From contig JAFPPJ010000290.1 of assembly GCA_017410745.1 (NCBI GenBank), forward strand, positions 1 through 32,370: 32,370 bases of DNA, in the 5' to 3' direction. A model generated the notes under the pieces. That model saw only the letters and a list, made by a program, of their open reading frames with translations, ran no database searches and was not told where the DNA came from. Positions 1-8,143 of the stretch are shown here, one piece after another (position 1 is the stretch's first letter; every line of letters begins with the position of its first letter). The position numbers were made by a program, and so were the translations under genes. The stretch is from Oscillospiraceae bacterium (GTDB lineage: Bacteria > Bacillota > Clostridia > Oscillospirales > Ruminococcaceae).

Positions 1-554
1 ATCTGGAGCGTGGCAAGCTTGAAGGATATATCATATTTTGATGCTCTTGAACACAACAGCTCCGGATACAGTCCGGGATTCTTCCAGCTTGCGGAGGAAT
101 ACGCGCTCACAAGAGAAAGGTCATTGGCGTTGCCGCCTGCCATGCCTGAATTGGATGCGTTGTTTTCCCAGTTGTATGTAGTAGCAGAGACATCGTTCTG
201 CTTTAGTACGGTCGCAGTGACTGCCGCAAGGTCGGGATTATCATTGATGCCGAAGATATAGCCGCTGATTGGTGTACTGCGGACTGTGTTGATCGTGTAT
301 ATTGCCTGATATGGCTCATCAAATACAGGTATCCTCTGGGCAGCACAATCGGAAGCTGTACTGCTCATAACGAGTACAGCCGCTGCCGATGCATATAACC
401 GCGTATATTTCCTGTCAGCGATACGCCGGAGCTTATTCAGTGAAGCTCCGGTATCATATATCCTGCACATACGCTCAGAACTGCTGTCCCTGCTTTGCGG
501 ATGCGGTATTTGTCTTCGCCTTGATTTTCTGTTCATCATGTCCTTATACACCAT
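1..554 (-). CDS. N-terminal part of a divergent glycoside hydrolase family 44-like secreted protein (runs off left edge)
   Basis: Not in ORF track. Hand translation from ATG 554 (alternatives 539/536) is open to base 1: ...LYASAAAVLVMSSTASDCAA...TPISGYIFGIN...TTYNWENNASNSG...NPG...LATLQ. This matches the GH44 N-terminal pattern ISPYIYG.N / YNWENN.SNAG / LVTL.M. Confidence 0.75.
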   Translation of the reverse strand, partial: MVYKDMMNRKSRRRQIPHPQSRDSSSERMCRIYDTGASLNKLRRIADRKYTRLYASAAAVLVMSSTASDCAAQRIPVFDEPYQAIYTINTVRSTPISGYIFGINDNPDLAAVTATVLKQNDVSATTYNWENNASNSGMAGGNANDLSLVSAYSSASWKNPGLYPELLCSRASKYDISFKLATLQ

Positions 555-585
555 GCCGTCTGCATGACATCCAGATCATACAGTC

Positions 586-1407
586 TTACAGCTTTTCTAT
601 TTCCTCAACAGCATTTGCGAGCCAATCGCCCTTGATCGTCTCTACTGCACCGCTGTCACAGCTCATAGCTATATCGGGAGATACGGGTATCGAGCCGAGA
701 AGCTTGAGGCCGTATTCTGCAGCAGCCTCTGCCACATGGCTCTCGCCGTAGAGATATATCTTCTTTCCGCAGTCGGGACATTCGATATAGCTCATATTCT
801 CTACCACGCCGATTATGGGGATATTCATGATCTTCGCCATATTGACGGCCTTTGCCACGATCATGGATACGAGCTCCTGGGGAGATGCCACGACTATTAT
901 CCCGTCTACCGGTATAGACTGGAACACTGTGAGAGGCACATCGCCTGTTCCCGGAGGCATATCCACGAACATATAGTCTACGTCGCCCCATATCACATCT
1001 GTCCAGAACTGCTTTACCACGCCTGCTATGACAGGGCCTCTCCATATCACGGGAGACGATGTATCTTCAAGAAGAAGATTTATACTCATTATGCTGATGC
1101 CGCCGGCGCTCTTATTGGGGATGAGCCCTTTATCAGTGCCGACTGCTCTTTCGTTTATGCCGAATATCTTAGGTATAGACGGGCCTGTTATATCAGCATC
1201 GAGCACTGCAGTACTATATTTCTTCGAGAAAGCCGATGCAAGAAGTCCTGTCACCAGTGACTTTCCGACACCGCCCTTACCGCTGACAACGCCTATGACC
1301 TTTTTTACAGAGCTGCCCTCACCCAGCTTTTCGATAAAGCTCTGCGGCTCTTTCCTCGATGAGCATGACTGACCGCATGAAGAGCAGTTTTCCGAACATT
1401 GTGCCAT
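586..1407 (-). CDS. mrp: Mrp/NBP35 (ApbC) Fe-S cluster carrier ATPase
   Basis: SGKGGVGKS deviant Walker A, DADITGPS, WRGP, DMPPGTGD, ENMS..CPDC; Cys-rich N-terminus. Confidence 0.95.
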   Translation of the reverse strand: MAQCSENCSSCGQSCSSRKEPQSFIEKLGEGSSVKKVIGVVSGKGGVGKSLVTGLLASAFSKKYSTAVLDADITGPSIPKIFGINERAVGTDKGLIPNKSAGGISIMSINLLLEDTSSPVIWRGPVIAGVVKQFWTDVIWGDVDYMFVDMPPGTGDVPLTVFQSIPVDGIIVVASPQELVSMIVAKAVNMAKIMNIPIIGVVENMSYIECPDCGKKIYLYGESHVAEAAAEYGLKLLGSIPVSPDIAMSCDSGAVETIKGDWLANAVEEIEKL

Positions 1408-1519
1408 TAATATCCTTCCAATCTGAAATTATTTCAAACTGCCTGCCGGCATATGCCGCAGACACGTTCTGTCTATTCATCTGCTGATGCTGACATAAGC
1501 AGACACCATAACATCATAC

Positions 1520-1548
1520 ATTATACCACAAACTCGTCTGTCTGTCAA
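1520..1548 (-). promoter_or_regulatory. sigmaA promoter for mrp-GH44
   Basis: Minus strand TTGACA (1548-1543), 17 bp spacer, TATAAT (1525-1520) with extended -10 TG. Confidence 0.85.
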
Positions 1549-1554
1549 GGTCGG

Positions 1555-1707
1555 GTCGGCAAAGCCGACAGTTACCCGATAGATATTTGACGGGAACCGA
1601 TATTACCGTCTCGGAGCATTGATATGCACTATATCCTAAGTTTTTTATGAAGTCGGCAAAGCCGACACGGCACACATTTGACAGGAACTCATTATCGTCT
1701 CGGGCAG
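1555..1707. repeat. Two degenerate direct-repeat units (~55-65 bp), each starting with the hairpin GTCGGC-AAA-GCCGAC
   Basis: GTCGGCAAAGCCGACA exact at 1555-1570 and 1652-1667; each is followed by TTTGAC(G/A)GGAAC...ATTA(C/T)CGTCTCGG. Confidence 0.75.
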
Positions 1708-1719
1708 ACACAGCCCGCA

Positions 1720-2634
1720 TCATATGAGCTTGGTCTTGTCAAATGCAAGCGGATACAGACCGACCGAAACGAACACTGCCGACGCATACCTCAGCGTCCT
1801 GAGGAGCAGGCCTGCGTAATTGCCGTCCGTAAGACCTGTCAGAGCTATAAGCGCCTTTATCAGAGTATTCACAAGCATGAACACAGCAAGGCCGAACACA
1901 ACTCTGAGTATGAATTTATGTACCGTCCTTGTCTCGCTGAAATTCACATACTTCTCTTCAAACATGAATGAGAATATAAATCCTATCGTTACGCCAAGGC
2001 ACGAGAAATATTCCACATCTCGGCAGTAAAGCAGCCCCGGGAGCGCCATTACGACAAGCACAAGATAAAGCCTGCGCTTATCCTTCAGCTTATCATACAT
2101 TGCCTGTATCAGGAATATCGAGATCACGCCTATCGCCCATCCCGATGCCACGTCCGTAGGATAGTGCACGCCCACATAGAAGCGCGAGCACCCTATAAAC
2201 AGCGGCATAAGGATACCAAGTATCACCACCGCTTTCTTTCTGACTATCCACCCTATCGTACCGAATACGGATGCAGACAGCGATGAATGCATGCTCGGGC
2301 AGGAAAAGCCCTGTGCAATCGGATCCATCAGCTCACCGTCGGAATGAGGAGGATACAGGCATTTGAGGGAATCATGATCCATATATGGTCTGCGGCGCAG
2401 GAATGCGCCTTTGAACAGTGCGCTCCATATGAAAGCGGCTATGACCGACAGTGCCACACGCTTAGCCAGCTTCTTGTCGATGCACCAGTAAAGCATACCC
2501 ATAAGGGCGATGAGTACGATCTCCTCGCCCATCATGGAGAATACCCGTGCCAGTACGTTCAGAACAGCATTCTCAAATGACTGCAGCCATTCCATGAAAC
2601 GTACTTCCCATTCAAAATAGAATGTATTACCCAT
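1720..2634 (-). CDS. PAP2-family membrane phosphatase
   Basis: K-x6-RP (KGAFLRRRP), PSMH (variant of PSGH), SRFYVGVHYPTD; multiple TM segments; TAATG overlap with upstream ABC gene. Confidence 0.9.
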   Translation of the reverse strand: MGNTFYFEWEVRFMEWLQSFENAVLNVLARVFSMMGEEIVLIALMGMLYWCIDKKLAKRVALSVIAAFIWSALFKGAFLRRRPYMDHDSLKCLYPPHSDGELMDPIAQGFSCPSMHSSLSASVFGTIGWIVRKKAVVILGILMPLFIGCSRFYVGVHYPTDVASGWAIGVISIFLIQAMYDKLKDKRRLYLVLVVMALPGLLYCRDVEYFSCLGVTIGFIFSFMFEEKYVNFSETRTVHKFILRVVFGLAVFMLVNTLIKALIALTGLTDGNYAGLLLRTLRYASAVFVSVGLYPLAFDKTKLI

Positions 2635-4814
2635 TAAGCATCCAACCTCTGCCTTTCCACAAGCTCGGCAAACTTGCCGCCGAGAGCGATAAGCTCATCA
2701 TAAGTCCCGTCTTCTATTATCCTGCCGTCGTCAAGATACAGTATCCTGTCACAGTTTCTGATAGTCGAAAGACGGTGGGCAATAACTATCCTTGTGCATT
2801 TGAGCTGATCGAGCGCATCCGACACTTTCTTCTGTGTCCTGTTGTCAAGAGCGATCGTAGCCTCGTCAAACATGAGTATCTTAGGCTTCGGAGCAATTGC
2901 GCGGGCGATCATTATCCTTTGCTTCTGCCCGCCGGATATGCCGCCCTGACCTTCGGATATTATGGTATGCATACCCATAGGCATATTCTTTATATCCTCT
3001 GCGATCCCTGCGACCTTAGCCGCCTCCCACGCATCCTTCAGCGTCAGGTCGGGATCGGATATGGTTATATTGGAGAATATATCCCCCTGGAACAGTCCGC
3101 CGTTCTGCGTGACTATGCCTATCTTCCTTCTGAGGGAGCGCAGATCTATCTTGCTCATATCCCTGCCGTCATAGTATATCGCACCCTTGTCAGGCTTTTC
3201 AAGTCCCATCATCAGACGCATGAGAGTTGATTTGCCGCATCCTGTCCTTCCGACTATCGCGATATACTCTCCTGCTTTTATCTTCAGATTCATGTCATAT
3301 ACGACATAGGGCAGATCTGCACCGTATCTGAAATACACATTGTTGAGCTCTATCGACCCGGATACACGGGTCACGACTTCCTTTCCCTCGGTAAGTTCGG
3401 GTTCTGCATCAAGAATAGGACTTGCAGTTTCAAGCACAGGCTTTATGCGTGAAAATATCAGAGCCGCTCCCGTAAGGGATGCGATCGCCGCAGATACCTT
3501 TCCGAATGCGGCAGAGAACGCAAAATAGTCCTCCTGCTTCATACCGCTCTTGACCGCAAGATAATAGACCGCTATATTTCCTATCAGCGAGACCGCCAAT
3601 GTGAGCACCGGATTTATCTTTATCAGCATGGGAGGATCATATACGCAGCGTGCACTCTCTGCGTATGTTTGAGCCCATCGTGCGAATACACGCTTTTCAG
3701 CGCCTGCAAGACGTATCTTCTCCACACCCGTCACGATGGCATAGGTAAGACCGCTCTTTTTTGCATTGAGCTCCATCTTGCGGCGGTTGACATTCATCTC
3801 CATGAGCGCATAGATCACCGTGAGCAGCAGATCGGCAAACAGCATCAGGAGCGCAGGCACGGCTACAGGTCGTGCATATTTCACGATCTCCGTGATAAAC
3901 AGCAGCGAGGATACCGAGATAAGTCCCGTTATGACCACATTCCCGATAAGCAGTGAACACAGCGAATTTATGCTGTTTGCTCTTGTATTGAGCTCGCCCG
4001 CGCTGTATCTGCGGAAGAAGGGAGCAGGCAGAGTCAGTATCCTCATCATTACAGCCGCCTGTACAGACATAGACACCTTAGTGGATATCCTGCTGTTGAT
4101 AAGATTTGCCACAGACCTGAGCATCTGTGCCGATATCTCCGCACACACCATGAATACCGCGATGCCCGCAAGCATGGATACCGTCCTGCTGTCGAGCACA
4201 CGTCCGAGCAATGCCCTGACGAGCACAGGCATGATAAGCCCTGCAAGCACATACATCAATGCAAATATGCCCATGCTCACAAAATCAGCCGCAGATACAC
4301 AGCTGAATATATATTTATACAGATCAATGAGTTTGAGCTTTTTCATCGGGAGCGGATGATAGAAGCATATCGCTTCCTTCTTGAATGAAGCAGCATTCCT
4401 GCCGGTGACCGAGACCTTCCTGCCCGTCTCAAAATCCTTGTAATAATACCCGTGGAGCCCCTTGGGGAGGAATGCTACGGCTTTATTGTCCTCCGTGAAT
4501 CCGAGCATCGGGCCGAATGCGTCCTTGTACCAGTCCTTATCGAGCTCCACGTTCCTGCGCATTATGCCGTGAGGACGGAGAAGATATTCAAGCTGGTCAT
4601 CTTCATCCTTTATGCTGTCGGGGATGTCCTTTATCCTGAGATGATAGTATTTGAGTATCTCCTCTATGGCAGCCTTTGTAATGAGCCTTTTGTCACTAAG
4701 CTCGCTCTCTGCCCTTGTGCCGAGCACTACTCCCGCAAGACGTATGAAAGAATCCTCGAATACCTCCTGATCGTTTTCCTTGCGTTGACGTATCTGTTCA
4801 TCAAACCAGCCCAA
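2634..4814 (-). CDS. NHLM/NHLP-type bacteriocin-system ABC transporter, permease/ATPase subunit (no active peptidase)
   Basis: ABC TM domain plus GRTGCGKS, ISGGQKQR, FDEATIALD, HRLS; N-terminal region lacks the C39 Q-x5-C motif; paired with the C39 transporter. Confidence 0.9.
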   Translation of the reverse strand: MGWFDEQIRQRKENDQEVFEDSFIRLAGVVLGTRAESELSDKRLITKAAIEEILKYYHLRIKDIPDSIKDEDDQLEYLLRPHGIMRRNVELDKDWYKDAFGPMLGFTEDNKAVAFLPKGLHGYYYKDFETGRKVSVTGRNAASFKKEAICFYHPLPMKKLKLIDLYKYIFSCVSAADFVSMGIFALMYVLAGLIMPVLVRALLGRVLDSRTVSMLAGIAVFMVCAEISAQMLRSVANLINSRISTKVSMSVQAAVMMRILTLPAPFFRRYSAGELNTRANSINSLCSLLIGNVVITGLISVSSLLFITEIVKYARPVAVPALLMLFADLLLTVIYALMEMNVNRRKMELNAKKSGLTYAIVTGVEKIRLAGAEKRVFARWAQTYAESARCVYDPPMLIKINPVLTLAVSLIGNIAVYYLAVKSGMKQEDYFAFSAAFGKVSAAIASLTGAALIFSRIKPVLETASPILDAEPELTEGKEVVTRVSGSIELNNVYFRYGADLPYVVYDMNLKIKAGEYIAIVGRTGCGKSTLMRLMMGLEKPDKGAIYYDGRDMSKIDLRSLRRKIGIVTQNGGLFQGDIFSNITISDPDLTLKDAWEAAKVAGIAEDIKNMPMGMHTIISEGQGGISGGQKQRIMIARAIAPKPKILMFDEATIALDNRTQKKVSDALDQLKCTRIVIAHRLSTIRNCDRILYLDDGRIIEDGTYDELIALGGKFAELVERQRLDA

Positions 4815-4828
4815 ATCTTCACCTCCCC

Positions 4829-7006
4829 CTACTCATTCGTTACGAGCTCCGTATAATAGCCGCCCTGACGGTAAAGCTCCTCATGAGTTCCTCTTTCAAC
4901 TATCCTGCCGTTGTCTATCACTATGATATCATCACAGTCGCGGATAGCCGAAAGTCTGTGAGTTATTATTATACATGTGATGCCTCTGTCCTTGATAGCC
5001 TTCACTACATCATATTCCGTCCTTGCATCAAGCGCGCTCGTAGCCTCATCGAGTATGACTATGGACGGATCCTGTGCGAGCACTCTTGCTATCTCAAGCC
5101 TCTGACGCTGACCTCCGGAAAGATCCTTGCCGCCTTCGGTAAGTCTGTACTGATATCCGCCCTGACGCTCCATTATATCCGAATGTATCTGAGCATCCCT
5201 TGCAGCAAGTATCATCTCAAAGTCTTCTATCGTATCGTCCCACATTTTGATATTTGCCGCGATGGTGTCCTCGAACAGTATTATATCCTGATCCACTACT
5301 GCCACGGAGCCTGTGAATACGCTCCTGTCTATCTCGCTGATGCTCTTGCCGTCAAAGAGTATCTCACCCTTCCACGGCTTGTGAAGCCCCGATATCAGCT
5401 TTGATATGGTGGACTTGCCGCAGCCCGATGTACCAACTATCGCTATCCTGCTGCCAGCCTTGACAGACAGGCTGAGATCTTCGATAAGCGGCTTTGCAAG
5501 CCTTGAATAACCGAATGTGACATTCTTTATTTCAATATTGCCCGAAAGCTTGCTGTAGTCCGTATCGTCATCAAGCTCGGTATCCCGCACATACGGGTCA
5601 TTCGGATATTCCATCACATCATCGAGGCGTTCCATCTCTGTGCGCATTTCCTGAAGTGTCTGCCCCGCCGTGATCGTCATCCTTGCGGGCGCCATGAATG
5701 ATGCAAGGAAGCCCTGGAACGACAGTATCATGCCGGATGTGAACTGGCCGTTCATCACAAGGTATACTCCGACCACCATAACACCGTAATTCGTAAGAGA
5801 TGTGACAAGCTCCGGTATGATGCCGTAATACTCGTTTATCTTGTTGAATCGCACTGTCTGTGAATTGACCGATGCCTGATACCCGGCCCATTTGCGGAAA
5901 AAGCCGTTTTCCGCGCCGCTTGCCTGTATCGTCTCTATCATTCGTATGCCTGTGAGCGATGCGGATGCGAGCTTGCCCGAATCCCTCGCTCTTACTCTTG
6001 TGATATTGACGCGCTTCTGCGATATCAGCCTTGACAGGAATGCATTGATGAGTATGGAGACGATGCCTATGGCTGTGAGCAGAAGGCTGTGACGTATCAT
6101 GACTATCAGATAGAATAACATCATGATGGTGTTGAGTGCGAGAGGTGCCAGTGTATTCACAAGAGTCTCTGCTATGGACTCGTTGGAATCCTGCCTCATC
6201 ATGATGTCTCCCGCCATTCTCTGTGAAAAGAACTCTATAGGGAGCCTCAGCACCTTCCACATATATGAGGAACTTCCTATTATGGACATCTTGCCGTTTA
6301 TCTTCAGCGTATATACCGCCATGATCCACGAGGTTATGAGCTGCAGAGCCGCAAGCATAGACATTATCGCTGTGAACGGATAAAGCCACAGCGAGTTCCT
6401 GTGGGTGAGCAGCCTGTCCATGAATACTCTTGCCATGACCGGGTTTATCACACCAAAGATGTATATGATGATATTTGTTATGATCACGAATGCAAGGGCT
6501 GAGCCTGCGCCCACAAGCCTTTTCTTGGCAAACGAGATGATACTTTTCCTTTTGCCGCCCGGCACGAATGTCTTGCCCGGAACTATCTCAAGACATATCC
6601 CCGTGAATGCCTTATCGAACACATCCATAGGGATCCTGACCTGACCTCTTGCAGGGTCGTTTATTATCGCATAGTTGCCCCTGAATCCGTCAAGCACCAC
6701 AAAATGATTGAATTCCCAGTGTATGATACACGGGAAATTGCCGGTCTTGCGCAGGGCTTCCGTTTCGCATCGCAGACCTCTTGCCGAGAAGCCGTAATTA
6801 CGGGCGGCAAGTATGATATTCTTAGCATTGGAGCCGTCGCGGGATACGCCGCAGTCTATGCGCACCTGTTCTATCGGCACCCATTTATCATAATACGCCA
6901 TTATCATCGCAAGGGACGCAGCACCGCATTCGAGTGCTTCAAGCTGCATTATAACAGGTACCTTCGCCACTCCCCTGACCGGACGCTTTATCTTGCTCTC
7001 TTTCAT
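4829..7006 (-). CDS. NHLM/NHLP-type C39 peptidase-containing ABC exporter (PCAT)
   Basis: QLEALECGAASL (catalytic Cys), IIHWEFNHFVV (His), INDPA (Asp); GTSGCGKS, LSGGQRQR, LDEATSALD. Confidence 0.95.
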   Translation of the reverse strand: MKESKIKRPVRGVAKVPVIMQLEALECGAASLAMIMAYYDKWVPIEQVRIDCGVSRDGSNAKNIILAARNYGFSARGLRCETEALRKTGNFPCIIHWEFNHFVVLDGFRGNYAIINDPARGQVRIPMDVFDKAFTGICLEIVPGKTFVPGGKRKSIISFAKKRLVGAGSALAFVIITNIIIYIFGVINPVMARVFMDRLLTHRNSLWLYPFTAIMSMLAALQLITSWIMAVYTLKINGKMSIIGSSSYMWKVLRLPIEFFSQRMAGDIMMRQDSNESIAETLVNTLAPLALNTIMMLFYLIVMIRHSLLLTAIGIVSILINAFLSRLISQKRVNITRVRARDSGKLASASLTGIRMIETIQASGAENGFFRKWAGYQASVNSQTVRFNKINEYYGIIPELVTSLTNYGVMVVGVYLVMNGQFTSGMILSFQGFLASFMAPARMTITAGQTLQEMRTEMERLDDVMEYPNDPYVRDTELDDDTDYSKLSGNIEIKNVTFGYSRLAKPLIEDLSLSVKAGSRIAIVGTSGCGKSTISKLISGLHKPWKGEILFDGKSISEIDRSVFTGSVAVVDQDIILFEDTIAANIKMWDDTIEDFEMILAARDAQIHSDIMERQGGYQYRLTEGGKDLSGGQRQRLEIARVLAQDPSIVILDEATSALDARTEYDVVKAIKDRGITCIIITHRLSAIRDCDDIIVIDNGRIVERGTHEELYRQGGYYTELVTNE

Positions 7007-7018
7007 TTTGCCTCCGTA

Positions 7019-7441
7019 TCATTCAAGAAGGAATGAGATCGGTGTCATAGTGTCTGTCACGATCTGTGCGGGATAATTCCCGTCGGGAAGGTCTGTGCTC
7101 GCACCCGCCACCTTGCGCCCGTTGGCATCACGATATATCTCGTCTACTACCGTAAATGTGCCGTTGATGCGCATAGTCTGCCCTTTTTTGACAGGTGCAT
7201 CCACATCTTCATCAACTATGACCGCAGCAACAGTACCGCTCTCCACCTTGGCAGCCACATTCACGACTATCTCAAGCTTACCGTTGAGCGACCATACCAG
7301 AAATCCGACGAGAAGTATCACAACAGCTGCCAGTATCACCCACACGGACGGATTAGTCACGCGAAGGTAATCTGTCAGCTGTTCAGGAGAATTCATCCGC
7401 TCTATCCCGGACTTACGGAATATCTGCTGTTTTTCGTTCAT
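7019..7441 (-). CDS. Short NHLM-system secretion accessory protein (truncated HlyD-like, 140 aa)
   Basis: IFRKSGIERMNSPEQLTDYLRV + one TM helix and C-terminal TPISFL are typical of NHLM secretion proteins; start moved to ATG 7441 behind GAGGG. Confidence 0.75.
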   Translation of the reverse strand: MNEKQQIFRKSGIERMNSPEQLTDYLRVTNPSVWVILAAVVILLVGFLVWSLNGKLEIVVNVAAKVESGTVAAVIVDEDVDAPVKKGQTMRINGTFTVVDEIYRDANGRKVAGASTDLPDGNYPAQIVTDTMTPISFLLE

Positions 7442-7477
7442 ACAAGCCCTCACATTCAAGCAGTATACAACAGAATA

Positions 7478-7505
7478 TGCAGACAGCACTGCTGCACTGT
7501 CTGCA
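7478..7505 (-). other. Intra-operon stem-loop (weak terminator or mRNA stabiliser)
   Basis: TGCAGACAG-N10-CTGTCTGCA; extends to 12 bp with G-U pairs on the minus-strand RNA; followed by UAUUCUGUU. Confidence 0.55.
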
Positions 7506-7512
7506 GATCTTA

Positions 7513-8130
7513 TCAGAAACGCTTCTTGATTATGATATCAACTACACCGCTCTTGATGCCGACTATGACATCATCAGCCAGATTTGCGATAATGGACTTT
7601 TCAAGTTCATCCCACTGCTCCTGCTTTTCGGTGCTGTCCTCCTCGGTCTCCATATTGTTCCTGTAGCTGAGGAGCGACCATGCCATGCTGCCGTTGTATC
7701 CCATTATATCCATGGGATCATCGGTGACGCCCATAGTATAGAAAGCATAGGGATCATCGCGGGCTATCTTTGCGTTTTCATTGAGCATATATTCCACAGC
7801 GATGATGATCTTATTGAGTATGCCGGTGGCCGCCGCATTCTTTCCGCTCTTGGATATGGAGAGCACCTTGTCCATATCAATATCCAGCTCATCATCGGGC
7901 TTTACCTTGAGGTGAAGTTCATAATCCCTGACCTTGTTCTCTATCCAGAATGAGCCTACGCCGTATTTGAGCAGCTGCGGCAGCATGCATATCATTTCCT
8001 CTGCAAGGAGCCTGAGCCTGAGCGCCGACTTAGGATCAAGGTCGTTATACTTTGCCACCTTTTCTGCCACGGCAGGAATATTGCGGAAATCGCTTGCACC
8101 TCTCTGCAGTGCATAAATGTCTGTTTTCAT
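7513..8130 (-). CDS. Hypothetical protein, probably a degenerate anti-sigma (RsbW/HATPase_c_2-like) fold
   Basis: Strong RBS (GGAGGA). LRLLAEEM resembles IDLAVEEI and IIANLADDVIV...IIIKKRF resembles MVKKTMDDIKY...LTLIKGL of the neighbouring kinase; no N-box Asn or G-boxes. Confidence 0.6.
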   Translation of the reverse strand: MKTDIYALQRGASDFRNIPAVAEKVAKYNDLDPKSALRLRLLAEEMICMLPQLLKYGVGSFWIENKVRDYELHLKVKPDDELDIDMDKVLSISKSGKNAAATGILNKIIIAVEYMLNENAKIARDDPYAFYTMGVTDDPMDIMGYNGSMAWSLLSYRNNMETEEDSTEKQEQWDELEKSIIANLADDVIVGIKSGVVDIIIKKRF

Positions 8131-8143
8131 AATTTATCCTCCA

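Noticed and set aside
10-751. Plus-strand ORFs 10-261 and 389-751
   Set aside because: Antisense to the GH44-like and mrp genes
1555-1707. Mini-CRISPR or c-di-GMP-I riboswitch (GGCAAA/GCAAAGCC words)
   Set aside because: Only two units with an 81-bp gap and no cas genes; the GEMM P1/P2 architecture is not evident and the repeat lies upstream of, not within, the mrp transcript
2840-2870. D-loop variant DEATIALD in the second ABC subunit
   Set aside because: Single substitution; catalytic Glu, Walker A, signature and His switch intact
2634-7441. Classical TOMM/lanthipeptide biosynthetic cluster
   Set aside because: No modifying enzymes or NHLP/Nif11 precursor in the window (they could be unlinked)
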